Positions 54,622-64,000 of a stretch of 64,000 nucleotides of DNA are shown here, piece by piece (position 1 is the first letter of the stretch; every line of letters begins with the position of its first letter). The notes under the pieces were generated by a model, which did no database searches, was not told where the DNA came from, and was given only the letters and a program-made list of their open reading frames with translations. Source of the DNA: Candidatus Saccharibacteria bacterium CG2_30_41_52 (lineage in GTDB: Bacteria > Patescibacteriota > Saccharimonadia > Saccharimonadales > Saccharimonadaceae). Location: assembly GCA_001873625.1 (NCBI GenBank), contig MNZN01000012.1, positions 12,712 to 76,711 on the forward strand, read 5' to 3'. The position numbers were made by a program, and so were the translations under genes.

Positions 54622-55905
54622 ATGTCATCAATTAAATCAATTGCCATTATTGGCCTGGGTTATGTAGGTCTACCGATCGCTCTCCTAGCCAGCAAAAAAG
54701 GTTTTAATGTTATAGGTATTGATACGGATATCAAAAAAATTAAATCATTAGCATCAAATAAATCGTATATCGGCGACGTTGCAGATGATGAAATTATACA
54801 TACAAAAGCCTCATTCACTACTGACGCAACAAAAGTCAGCGAAGTTGACGCAGTTATTATATGCGTACCAACGCCTGTTAGTGCAGAAAAAATTCCGGAT
54901 CTTGGACCAGTTCGTGGAGCAGTTTCCGCCATCGCCCCTCATATCAAAAAGGAAACGCTTGTCGTCGTTGAATCTACTATTAATCCTGGCGTATGCGATG
55001 AGGTCGTAATACCTTTACTTGAAAAATTATCTGGTAAAAAAGTTGGCATCGACGTATATCTAGCCCACTGTCCTGAGCGTATTAATCCAGGCGATCCAAA
55101 ATGGAATGTCAGTAATATAAATCGCGTGGTAGGTGCCAACAGCAAGTTAGAGCTGGATATGGCTGTTGAATTATATAAAAAAATTATTGATGCCGAAATC
55201 AAGCCAATGGGAACAATCAAAGAGGCTGAGGCAGTCAAAATTGTCGAAAACTCATTTAGAAACATCAACATCGCATTCGTGAATGAACTTGCGATGTCTT
55301 TTCATAAACTTGGCATTAACCTTGAAAACGTCATCGATGGTGCTGCCACTAAACCATTTGCATTTATACCCCACCACCCAGGCTGTGGAGTTGGCGGACA
55401 CTGCATCCCAGTTGACCCTTACTATTTAATTGAATACGCTCACAACCACGGTTTCGAGCATGAGTTTTTACGCCTAGCCAGTAACATTAATGAATCAATG
55501 CCACGATTTACAGTCGACTTGCTAATCGAAGCTTTAAATGAAGTTGGTTTGCCACTAAAAGACACAAAAGTAACACTACTGGGTATGTCATACAAAGCGA
55601 ATGTTGGCGATGGACGCGAAAGCCCAGCCCATGTCATACGCGATCTACTTGTCGAGGCCGAGACCAACCTAACTATATATGACCCATATACGCCAGAAGA
55701 TTCAACAACTAACTCTCTAAACGAAGCCCTAGCTGGTGCTACAGCTGTAGTTATTGCCACAGGACATGATGAATTTAAAAATATCACACCTAGTTTATTA
55801 AAAAAGAATGGCAATTTAGTATTAATTGATGGCCGCAATATTCTACGTAGCCAAAAAGAAGCATTTAAAAATAACTCTATCATTTATACAGGTATAGGAA
55901 TCTAA
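54622..55905 (+). CDS. nucleotide-sugar dehydrogenase (UDP-glucose/GDP-mannose dehydrogenase family)
   Basis: IIGLGYVGLP N-terminus, catalytic Cys context GCGVGGHCIPVDP, and C-terminal UDP-binding domain pattern. Confidence 0.8.
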   Translation: MSSIKSIAIIGLGYVGLPIALLASKKGFNVIGIDTDIKKIKSLASNKSYIGDVADDEIIHTKASFTTDATKVSEVDAVIICVPTPVSAEKIPDLGPVRGAVSAIAPHIKKETLVVVESTINPGVCDEVVIPLLEKLSGKKVGIDVYLAHCPERINPGDPKWNVSNINRVVGANSKLELDMAVELYKKIIDAEIKPMGTIKEAEAVKIVENSFRNINIAFVNELAMSFHKLGINLENVIDGAATKPFAFIPHHPGCGVGGHCIPVDPYYLIEYAHNHGFEHEFLRLASNINESMPRFTVDLLIEALNEVGLPLKDTKVTLLGMSYKANVGDGRESPAHVIRDLLVEAETNLTIYDPYTPEDSTTNSLNEALAGATAVVIATGHDEFKNITPSLLKKNGNLVLIDGRNILRSQKEAFKNNSIIYTGIGI

Positions 55906-55908
55906 AAG

Positions 55909-56670
55909 ATGTCAAAAATAACTACGTTCTATAAAGCTCCTCGGTATTTATTCCGCAAACATAACATTTTATCGATGCTAAAAGATAAACCAGAAATAAA
56001 ATCATTTCTAGATGTTGGATGCGGTGCTGGTGAACTTGCTTGCACACTAGCCGAAAAAGGGATGAAGGGTTTTGCCGTTGATTTCTCAGAGGACGCCATT
56101 GAAGTTGCAAACGAAATGCGTGATAGCCGAGGCATCAATAAGTCGAATCTACAATTCAAATTAGGTGGGCTTGAACATGTATCTGGTAAAAAGTATGACC
56201 TTGTTTCCTGCTTCGAGGTTCTTGAACATGTCAAAAATGACAAAAAGCTCCTAAAAGAACTGGCTAGCCATAGTAAAAAATACGTTCTTATATCTGTACC
56301 CGCTAAACAAAGACTATTTGATTCATCTGATAAATCAGTAGGCCACTTCCGACGTTACGAAAAACCATCACTAATAAGAATGATTGATGATGCTAATTTA
56401 GATATAGTTAAATTCGTAAATTACGGCTATCCATTTACCGACATTGTACGTGTCGGGCGAAAAGCCGTTTTCAACAACCGACTACGAAAAAATAAAAATG
56501 AGTCTATGAATAATCGATCGAAAGATAGTGGTATTAACCCCGTAAAATTACCGAAAGCTTTAACTAAATTTGATATAGAAAAAGCAATTGTCCCCTTTTA
56601 TTATATGAGTCGAGCTTTTAACAGCTATGACCTATCTGAAGGTTACTTAGTACTTTGTAAAAAGAAGTAA
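55909..56670 (+). CDS. class I SAM-dependent methyltransferase
   Basis: Motif I LDVGCGAGE and post-I and motif II spacing (DLVSCFEVLEHV). Confidence 0.7.
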   Translation: MSKITTFYKAPRYLFRKHNILSMLKDKPEIKSFLDVGCGAGELACTLAEKGMKGFAVDFSEDAIEVANEMRDSRGINKSNLQFKLGGLEHVSGKKYDLVSCFEVLEHVKNDKKLLKELASHSKKYVLISVPAKQRLFDSSDKSVGHFRRYEKPSLIRMIDDANLDIVKFVNYGYPFTDIVRVGRKAVFNNRLRKNKNESMNNRSKDSGINPVKLPKALTKFDIEKAIVPFYYMSRAFNSYDLSEGYLVLCKKK

Positions 56671-56677
56671 TTTCCTC

Positions 56678-57631
56678 TTATTCTTTGGACATAGACAAAT
56701 ATAAGTTTTTGCCGTACGTAATCCAAAGCAGGAATAGCACAAAAAAAAGCGCTATCCTGTCTACTAGTGCGGCCGACAATATCTGCGAGGTACTTAGTCC
56801 AATTATGCTTGAAAAAGCAATATAAACTGCTTCTTTAACACCCAAATTACCTGGCGTTATATTAATAAATATACTTAGCGCACCAAGCATACTAAATAAT
56901 AATAGACTGGCCGGTGACAACGCTAGTCCAATAGAATTCATAATAAAATATGACCCTAATGTCATTATTGAAGCGTTAAATACAATAAGCCCCAAAAGCT
57001 GCATCGACACCTTTTTATCAGCTAGTATCAAAGACCAACCTTTTGATACACTCACTAGTATTTCCAACAACCGTCTTGCCCATTTGGAATTATATGCACT
57101 ATGTTGTTTTTTGACATTAACCCTAATAAAGAAAGCAGCCATAGACATTGTTAATAAAACAGTAAAGAACACCGCCAAAATAACAATGCTTACTGACGCA
57201 TGTCCCAAAAGCCCTAATATTGAAATTAGCCCAAGGGTAGAATAAACAAAAAATACCATTACATAATTACAATAAAGTGTAGATAGATAATCACTGTATG
57301 ATAAACCATGGCGCTTTTTAAGATATACCGCCCTAAAACCAAGACCGCTACCTGCTGGAGCAAAAAAATTTCCTGCAGATGATATTAACGATATTCTAAC
57401 ACTCTCGTTAAAATCTATTTTTTTACCAAAAAGAGAAATCGACAACTTCATAAATATGCCGTTAGCGGTAATAGCCAAGACATTAACCAGCATCAACAGT
57501 ATAACAAATACTGGGTTAATGGTTAATAATAATGAAAAATCCTTAATGTTAGCGATAAAATACCACAAGAATAGAACAACTACACCTACGGCAATTATTC
57601 TGCTAATTAATTTTTTATTTATTTTGATCAC
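56678..57631 (-). CDS. flippase-like polytopic membrane protein (LPG-synthase-TM / UPF0104-type)
   Basis: About 8 TM helices. Loop motif ITPGNLGVKEAV. Confidence 0.5.
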   Translation of the reverse strand: MIKINKKLISRIIAVGVVVLFLWYFIANIKDFSLLLTINPVFVILLMLVNVLAITANGIFMKLSISLFGKKIDFNESVRISLISSAGNFFAPAGSGLGFRAVYLKKRHGLSYSDYLSTLYCNYVMVFFVYSTLGLISILGLLGHASVSIVILAVFFTVLLTMSMAAFFIRVNVKKQHSAYNSKWARRLLEILVSVSKGWSLILADKKVSMQLLGLIVFNASIMTLGSYFIMNSIGLALSPASLLLFSMLGALSIFINITPGNLGVKEAVYIAFSSIIGLSTSQILSAALVDRIALFFVLFLLWITYGKNLYLSMSKE

Positions 57632-57673
57632 TCTATAAGTATAGCCGATAATGAACAGATTATTATTGAAACA

Positions 57674-58759
57674 TCACCTATATCTAATGGAATCTAATAA
57701 TTTTTCGATACTTTTGGCTACAACTTTGTTTGAAAAACAATCATTATAAAGTTTAATGCCATTTTTACCAATCTTTTTTATACTCTTTTTATTTTTATAA
57801 GCCCATACAATTGCTTTTTCTAACGATTTTGAACTAGCCTGATCAATAATTAATACGTTGATTTTATCTTTAAACACACCGCTCTCTTTATTTTTACCGA
57901 CAATAACCGGCTTACCCATTCGTAAAAATTGGATCGTCTTACCGGTAACTACAAATTGAGATTGTGTAGTGCCGCCAAATGGTCCGCCCAAACAAATATC
58001 AGCATCTGCTATAACTTGTGGTAGTTCAGCGTATGGCACCCACTTTTGATATTTTATATTTGCACCTTTAGAAATAGCCACATCGACACTTCGACGAAGT
58101 GCTGTTCCGCCACCAATTAGTGAAAATTCTATATCTTTTCGATTCTGTAGATTTACAGCTGACTCAATAACATAATCTATGCCATGTAGCGGCAACATAC
58201 TGCCGTAATATAACACCTGAAACTTGCCGTTATCTTTACGCAAGCTTTTTAAGCTATTGAATACCTCTTCGTCAGTCCCAACTGGTACAGATTGATACTT
58301 ACCGATTGGTAATTTCATTAATGATGCCGAGTATTCGGCATGTGATTTTGTATCTAAAATAATCCTAGTTGTCCTTTTCAATAAAAACCTATACCCAGAG
58401 GTTAATGACCTTGTGGCAAATGAATTTTGTTTAAGTTTTTTATGCTCAAAAACAGTCCAACCAATTAGATTAACAAATTCGTCAAAAACAACTTTCTTGC
58501 CAATTCCTACTAATAATACAATCGGCAAAATTTCATAACCTCTAAATGTGACAAAATAGATATCTGGATTTACAAAAATTCTGTTCTTTATTAGTTTCAA
58601 GGCAACTTCAATATATCTTAAACAACTCCGTTGTTTGTTTCTTACAATAGATAAATCAACGTCATTAGCCAAAAGTCCGGCCTCGAGTGATTTAACACGA
58701 ACGTAACCGGGAGTCCGATAGCAAGTCACTAAACAAACAGATAACTTATTGTATGTCAT
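57674..58759 (-). CDS. GT-B fold glycosyltransferase (GT4-like)
   Basis: Two Rossmann-like halves. The C-terminal half has VLYYGSMLPLHGIDYVIE ... GKTIQFLRMGKPVIV. Confidence 0.55.
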   Translation of the reverse strand: MTYNKLSVCLVTCYRTPGYVRVKSLEAGLLANDVDLSIVRNKQRSCLRYIEVALKLIKNRIFVNPDIYFVTFRGYEILPIVLLVGIGKKVVFDEFVNLIGWTVFEHKKLKQNSFATRSLTSGYRFLLKRTTRIILDTKSHAEYSASLMKLPIGKYQSVPVGTDEEVFNSLKSLRKDNGKFQVLYYGSMLPLHGIDYVIESAVNLQNRKDIEFSLIGGGTALRRSVDVAISKGANIKYQKWVPYAELPQVIADADICLGGPFGGTTQSQFVVTGKTIQFLRMGKPVIVGKNKESGVFKDKINVLIIDQASSKSLEKAIVWAYKNKKSIKKIGKNGIKLYNDCFSNKVVAKSIEKLLDSIRYR

Positions 58760-58908
58760 AACATTAATTCTTTTATATACGGGCCCAATTAGCCCTTACT
58801 TTATTACTATCGACTAAGTTGCATCATTTTACTGTCTCAATGCTGATAAAAACCCTAGTTTAGAATGTATTACCACTCCAAATTATAACACCACTTTGTC
58901 TATCGATG

Positions 58909-60438
58909 TTATTTTTCTATCACAAACGGTTGTAATATTTTTCTTACAGTTTGATTGGCTTCAATGACCTTTGAGTTATGCCAATACCACGAATCCTTAC
59001 TTTGTAAAACATACGTAATCATACCACCCCCCTGAGTGAATAGGAGCAAGGTAACTAATAGTATAAGCAACTTTAAATACATTCTATTTTTAAGTATAGA
59101 ATTAAAAGCAACAACAATCATCACAATAATTACTGGAACAACGCTTAAAATATACCTTGGCTGAATTGCAACATATGTATGAAGTTCTAAATAGCCCAAG
59201 TAGTTTTGCAAAAAAACCACGAAAATCAATGCGACCGACACTGTTATTAAAAAATACCAACTTGGCTTCTTCTTAATCGATCGCCATGAGTAAAACAACG
59301 ACAACAACCCAACAATAGAACAAGTAAATATCATCATGTAAACAACGGGAAGCGGTTGGCGTAAACTAGACGATATTCTGTCCCTCCCCCCGCCAGTCAT
59401 AGCAGCCCAATCCACCATCTGAAGAGACCAGTGGGATATGTAATCTGGGGTTTGAACTAAACGCGTAGCACTATTCGTAGAGATGGCTTGATCGGAAAAA
59501 TATGTTATATAAACACTATTCTTCTCACATCTATCTTTACTCATAACCTTTTCACAATTTGGCCGAGGTGATCCATACATTACAAGACTCTGTAGATAAA
59601 CCAAAGAAAACATTCCGATTGCCAGTATAACTAGCGACATAATACCAATAATCTTCAATCTATTTACCGATTTAAACGAAATTAATAGTTTTGAAAATAT
59701 ACTTTTGCCATGTCGCTTATAAGACATAACGACTAGATATATTACCCCGATTGCAAATACTGGCAAAAATGCATATTTAACCAAGGATGCAAAACAGCCA
59801 ATTATCAAAAACCATGCATACTGTGACCATATTATCTTTTTACTAGATAATACATCCACACAAATAATCAAAAAAAGCGGAGTTAATAAAAATAACATAT
59901 TATCATAATTAATTGTCGCCGCCAAAAAAGGCACTATTGGCAATAGAACAAACAATAACATCCCGACATTGATGAACGCTTGTTTTATGCCAATCTTTTT
60001 AAATAGCTTATTAAACAACCCTATCCCGACGGCGACCATAATAATACATAATAATCTGAGCGATATCACCTGCACCGCAAGATTATTCGTGAATAAAGAT
60101 ACGATACGACATGGAAAGCTCATTAAATAGTGAAACAAAGTAGCGTCACCATGTGCTAAATTTCCATATATATCATACTCAGTCGGTTGATCTAATATGA
60201 ATGGTGACCATTGATGCCCGAATATATTTATTACTCCAAAATGAAACCTTTCATCATACGGCATACTATACGCCGCGCTAAACGCAATCCAGATCGATTG
60301 CAATAGAAATAGGAGTATAATTCCCCAAAAGAAATATTTGCTTGCAATAATCCGGATAATTTTATTAGCAATTTTATTAATCTTCTCGCGCATAACTGCA
60401 TAAAAGTATACCAGAAGGAATTGTTTTATAGTAGTCAC
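58909..60438 (-). CDS. polytopic membrane protein, candidate GT-C-fold glycosyltransferase (DUF2142/ArnT-like), paralogue A
   Basis: About 12 TM helices. Has the first-loop motif YDERFH. The central 130 aa are about 80% identical to 62026-63498. Confidence 0.5.
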   Translation of the reverse strand: MTTIKQFLLVYFYAVMREKINKIANKIIRIIASKYFFWGIILLFLLQSIWIAFSAAYSMPYDERFHFGVINIFGHQWSPFILDQPTEYDIYGNLAHGDATLFHYLMSFPCRIVSLFTNNLAVQVISLRLLCIIMVAVGIGLFNKLFKKIGIKQAFINVGMLLFVLLPIVPFLAATINYDNMLFLLTPLFLIICVDVLSSKKIIWSQYAWFLIIGCFASLVKYAFLPVFAIGVIYLVVMSYKRHGKSIFSKLLISFKSVNRLKIIGIMSLVILAIGMFSLVYLQSLVMYGSPRPNCEKVMSKDRCEKNSVYITYFSDQAISTNSATRLVQTPDYISHWSLQMVDWAAMTGGGRDRISSSLRQPLPVVYMMIFTCSIVGLLSLFYSWRSIKKKPSWYFLITVSVALIFVVFLQNYLGYLELHTYVAIQPRYILSVVPVIIVMIVVAFNSILKNRMYLKLLILLVTLLLFTQGGGMITYVLQSKDSWYWHNSKVIEANQTVRKILQPFVIEK

Positions 60439-60439
60439 A

Positions 60440-61318
60440 CTACGACTGGTGTTTTATTATATTTAGTCTAATCTTGATATAAACAACGGCGGTAAACCCA
60501 ACAATCATATCTGCAGTAAAGGTTAATAGCCGCCACATTATAACTGCCGAGTTTTGGACGGCAAACAACGATAATGTAAGTTCGCGAACACCAATACCAC
60601 CAGGTGCAAAAACAGCCAAAATACTAACGACGAAAGCAGCTGCACTAGCACTAATCGCCAGCCCTAAATCAATCGTATAATTAAGCGAGTTGCCTACCAA
60701 CCAAAACGACAAACCGCTAATAACCCAGGCGCAAGTAATCAATAAAAAGCTTGGCACCAGTTTATATATACATATTGTCTGCTTGCCTTTAGTAAGCGGC
60801 ACTTTAGACTCAATCTTGAATCTTACGGATAAATAAGCCGCCATGGCAAAAACAATCAAGCACAAAATACCCAGTATTAACGATCGAGTAAAAACAAAGA
60901 ATGTTACTGAAACTATCAACCCTGAACCGAGTATATTGAAATTTTCTAACAATTGAGCATACGTGCTTTTTTTAATTGACATGCCTAATTGTTTGGCATA
61001 TTTGGCTCTGAATGAAAACGAGAAAATACTACTGGGCAAGTATTTAAATGGTTGGGACGCAAAATAAGCCAAGGCTTGAACGGACTTGATGTCTGGGTCG
61101 ATAATTTTGCATATCATAAACCAATGAAATGATAAAATAATATAAAACAACACGAAACATATAAAGGCTAGCACCAAAATCCACCAGTTGTTATCTAACC
61201 CCGAAAAATCAGCTTCTCTTATAAGAGAAGTACCGTACGTATAGGCAAAATAAAATACACCAGCCATCAAAACTACATTAATAGCTTTATATACGGTTTT
61301 TAACCAATTACTTTTCAT
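60440..61318 (-). CDS. flippase-like polytopic membrane protein (LPG-synthase-TM / UPF0104-type)
   Basis: About 8 TM helices. Loop motif FAPGGIGVRELT. Overlaps the methyltransferase gene by 11 nt. Confidence 0.5.
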   Translation of the reverse strand: MKSNWLKTVYKAINVVLMAGVFYFAYTYGTSLIREADFSGLDNNWWILVLAFICFVLFYIILSFHWFMICKIIDPDIKSVQALAYFASQPFKYLPSSIFSFSFRAKYAKQLGMSIKKSTYAQLLENFNILGSGLIVSVTFFVFTRSLILGILCLIVFAMAAYLSVRFKIESKVPLTKGKQTICIYKLVPSFLLITCAWVISGLSFWLVGNSLNYTIDLGLAISASAAAFVVSILAVFAPGGIGVRELTLSLFAVQNSAVIMWRLLTFTADMIVGFTAVVYIKIRLNIIKHQS

Positions 61319-61964
61319 GTTTTTTTGCTAATACAAGCGTCCAAGGCAATGGGTTTCTTTTTGCAATAACCGGCCCAAAGTTCGTCTCTACGAAGTCAAT
61401 CAAACTATTTGTCGACCAATGGTTTAAATGTCCTGGGGTATTACCTAAATCATCCCAGTATTTGCCTCGGGCTACATTTAAAACGCGCCAGATAGGCTCA
61501 CGCGGTACACCCAGTATTAAATATCCGTCATCTTTTAATACGCGCTTTAGCTCTGTTAGTGCTTTGTCTGGATAATCTAGATGTTCAAGCACTTCCAATA
61601 AATATATCAAATCAAAACTATTATCTGCATGCTTAAGTTCATAGATACTTTCTTGAGTAATTTTTGTGTTTGGATTATTTTTCTTTGCAAAATTAATTTG
61701 ATGATCAACGTATTCAGATGCCTCCATAGTAATGTTTTCTGGAAGAAAGGAGTTGATACGTTTTGTTGACAGACCTTCACCGCAGCCTATTTCGATTGCG
61801 GCTGCTTTTTTATGTTTAATCCTTGCGATTTCGGTTAAACCACGAACAGCCAAAAAATAACCATCAAGCAGTCTATTCGCAATTTTACCACTTTCATACT
61901 TCCCTCGAAAATCTTCATCTTCGGGAGTTGCTTTTAGATTCAATCTGTTATTATTTTCATTCAT
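61308..61964 (-). CDS. class I SAM-dependent methyltransferase
   Basis: IEIGCGEGLS motif I and DLIYLLEVLEHL. Confidence 0.7.
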   Translation of the reverse strand: MNENNNRLNLKATPEDEDFRGKYESGKIANRLLDGYFLAVRGLTEIARIKHKKAAAIEIGCGEGLSTKRINSFLPENITMEASEYVDHQINFAKKNNPNTKITQESIYELKHADNSFDLIYLLEVLEHLDYPDKALTELKRVLKDDGYLILGVPREPIWRVLNVARGKYWDDLGNTPGHLNHWSTNSLIDFVETNFGPVIAKRNPLPWTLVLAKKHEK

Positions 61965-62025
61965 TGCCTATCCTACTGTTCTACTTCTATCATTATAACT
62001 TAGTTAATTGACTTATTATCATTCT

Positions 62026-63498
62026 TTATAAGTGTGTCAGAAAATCTCTTGTCGAATTATTTATTTGACGCACTATGTGACTGTCCCAATTCCAGCCCTC
62101 ATCACTGCAGATAATATGGGTAATTAATCCACCACCTTGCAAAAAAAGTACCAATGCGCAAAATAAAATGAGTAGTTTTATTGTATTTCTTTTCCTGACA
62201 ATATAATTAACAGCTACAACCGTCATCACTATCAAGATCGGCATAATAGTCAACAAATACCTAGGCTGTATAGTATAGGCCGCATGGAGCCTAATATAAT
62301 AAGCGTAGTTCTGCATAAATACCGCCAATACTAGAATTAGTGATACCACCAGCAAGAAGTACCAATTTTTATTCTTATCCAAAAAATTCCATGAATAAAT
62401 CATAGATAATAACCCTATAAAACCACCGAAAAAAACTACCGAATAAATAACTGGCAACGGTTCACCTACAACCGTTCCATAGGCGACCGTACGAGCACCA
62501 GACATAGTAGTCCAGTCGGCCATTTGGACAAACCATAATGATACATAATCTGGAGTCTGAATTAGAGGTCGAGTATCTTTTGTGGCTTCGGCTTGTTCAT
62601 CCCTAACCAACAAGCTATTATCATCGCACCTTTCTTGGCTCATAACCTTTTGACAATTCGGCTGAAGTGCCCCAAACAAGATTATGTTTTGAATATAAAC
62701 CACAGAAAACATTCCTACCGCAACAATAATCAATCCAGCCAAACCAATAGCTACTTGTTTGGTGGTTGCTTGAAATGATTCTATTGCTTTAAAGAATATG
62801 CCTCTACCGTATTGTTTATACAAAACAACCGCTAAATATATCGTACTGACTGCAAATATCGGTAAAAATGTATACTTAACAAGCGAGGCAAAACAACCGA
62901 TAATTATAAACCAAGCGTATTGAGTCCATACTATTTTTTTACTAGATAATATATCCACACAGATAATAAAGAATAGTGCAGTCAATGGGAACAGCATATT
63001 ATCATAATTTACAGTAGCGGCTACAAACGGAACGATCGGCAACAGCACAAATAATAACAACGCAACGTTTATAAATACTTGTTTGATGCCAATCTTTTGA
63101 AATAGTTTATTAAATAACACTATTCCTACAGCCGTAAAAGCAATACATACCAATCTCATCGATATTACTTGGATCGCAAGGTTGTCTGTGAATACAGAGA
63201 TAGCACGATATGGGAAGCTCATTAAATAATGGAAAAGAGTAGCCACTCCATATGAAAGAACCCCGAATATATCATACGATGTTGGCTGACTAGTTATAAA
63301 CGGCGATAACTGTTGGCTAAACAGTTTTATGACATTTACATGAAAGTATTCGTCATACAACATCGGGTAACGAAAGCTAAATGCGATCCATGCTGACTGA
63401 AAAGCAAATAATATAATAATAAAAACAAGAAAACCACGGCTACCCAAAACCCTGCGGATAAAGTTATGTGTATTTTGAAAATTAAACTTCATAAACAA
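62026..63498 (-). CDS. polytopic membrane protein, candidate GT-C-fold glycosyltransferase, paralogue B
   Basis: Has the first-loop motif YDEYFH. Same topology as 58909-60438, with a long block of near identity. Confidence 0.5.
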   Translation of the reverse strand: MFMKFNFQNTHNFIRRVLGSRGFLVFIIILFAFQSAWIAFSFRYPMLYDEYFHVNVIKLFSQQLSPFITSQPTSYDIFGVLSYGVATLFHYLMSFPYRAISVFTDNLAIQVISMRLVCIAFTAVGIVLFNKLFQKIGIKQVFINVALLLFVLLPIVPFVAATVNYDNMLFPLTALFFIICVDILSSKKIVWTQYAWFIIIGCFASLVKYTFLPIFAVSTIYLAVVLYKQYGRGIFFKAIESFQATTKQVAIGLAGLIIVAVGMFSVVYIQNIILFGALQPNCQKVMSQERCDDNSLLVRDEQAEATKDTRPLIQTPDYVSLWFVQMADWTTMSGARTVAYGTVVGEPLPVIYSVVFFGGFIGLLSMIYSWNFLDKNKNWYFLLVVSLILVLAVFMQNYAYYIRLHAAYTIQPRYLLTIMPILIVMTVVAVNYIVRKRNTIKLLILFCALVLFLQGGGLITHIICSDEGWNWDSHIVRQINNSTRDFLTHL

Positions 63499-63532
63499 TA
63501 GTCCTATTATACATTAGATACTACCTTTGAAT

Positions 63533-64000
63533 TTAAACAGCAGGACCATCAACAATCGTATTTAATACTCGGTTTGATACTATTAACATGTTATTAGACA
63601 AACCACCTAATGCATCGTATCTTGCCATACTGCTTATTGGATGCTTTTTACCGTCTTTTATTAAATATATAGTTTTGCTATCATCTTCTTTTACAAATGA
63701 GTACGTTGATAATAGCCTTGATGACATGTCAAGATTTACACATCCTATATCATCCCATAAGCTTCCGACAGCTGAACTATAACCATACATAGTGCTAGCT
63801 TTTGCATCAATCTCATAAATAACACCGCGATTAGCTAAATATTTTTTATTATCACACACAACAAAATTATTCAATTTGTCATTATCGGTCGCATATATAT
63901 TCACATAATCCTGGGGTATAGTTATAACGCCTTTTATCCCAAAATCATCACTAACAGCAAACGACGATAAAGCAATTTTTTGTAATAAACCATTGATTAC
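63533..64000 (-). CDS. 3' part of a CDS that continues beyond the window end (partial), unknown function
   Basis: The frame stays open from 63904 up to base 64000 (...VINGLLQKIALSSFAVSDDFGIKGVITIPQDYVNIYATDND...). The GTG at 63904 in the ORF track is therefore probably internal. Confidence 0.4.
   Translation of the reverse strand, partial: VINGLLQKIALSSFAVSDDFGIKGVITIPQDYVNIYATDNDKLNNFVVCDNKKYLANRGVIYEIDAKASTMYGYSSAVGSLWDDIGCVNLDMSSRLLSTYSFVKEDDSKTIYLIKDGKKHPISSMARYDALGGLSNNMLIVSNRVLNTIVDGPAV

Overview
Gene-dense, low-to-moderate GC bacterial chromosome segment that uses the standard genetic code: TGA, TAA and TAG all terminate clearly homologous genes.

Content in order:
1. 0.1-5.1 kb, ion and redox housekeeping. 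MgtA-type P-type ATPase with a 1-nt frameshift near its 5' end, two rhodanese proteins, a Fur-family regulator next to a perfect palindromic operator, a glutaredoxin-like protein, and a short MetK behind a SAM-I riboswitch.
2. 5.1-6.1 kb, a decay zone. A multiply disrupted APH-type kinase pseudogene and a 35-codon prepilin stub.
3. 6.1-12.1 kb, F-type ATP synthase genes (b-like, delta, alpha, gamma, beta, short epsilon). There is no recognisable a or c subunit gene. A 307-aa membrane protein whose C-terminus looks like a carboxylate-less c-subunit hairpin sits in front.
4. 12.1-31.9 kb, a roughly 20 kb cell-surface island. It holds an anchored beta-helix protein, three paralogous secreted subunit-like proteins, an Ig-like TM-anchored protein, a PKD membrane protein, two giant proteins (1576 and 1882 aa), and an operon of small bitopic proteins with a mini-pilin.
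5. 32-35.4 kb, a flavoprotein and a Ski2-like DExH helicase.
6. 35.5-43.8 kb, a tRNA-Asn integration hotspot. It has a 25-bp repeat of the tRNA 3' end, a metzincin cargo, a dead large serine recombinase cut by an intact IS3-family element, and redox/metal-type cargo genes.
7. 43.9-64 kb, an envelope glycan cluster. It contains an O-antigen-ligase-like protein, a priming sugar transferase, the dTDP-rhamnose pathway with an rfbC-rfbD fusion, a GtrB-like GT2, duplicated GT-C-like/flippase-like/methyltransferase modules, and an IS200/RAYT-like insertion.

The repertoire (monoderm-type surface genes, prepilins, giant adhesin-like proteins, short MetK, gene decay) suggests a reduced-genome bacterium such as Saccharibacteria/CPR. 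That is inference only. No rRNA genes or CRISPR arrays were seen. All homology calls are motif recognition by eye, not searches.
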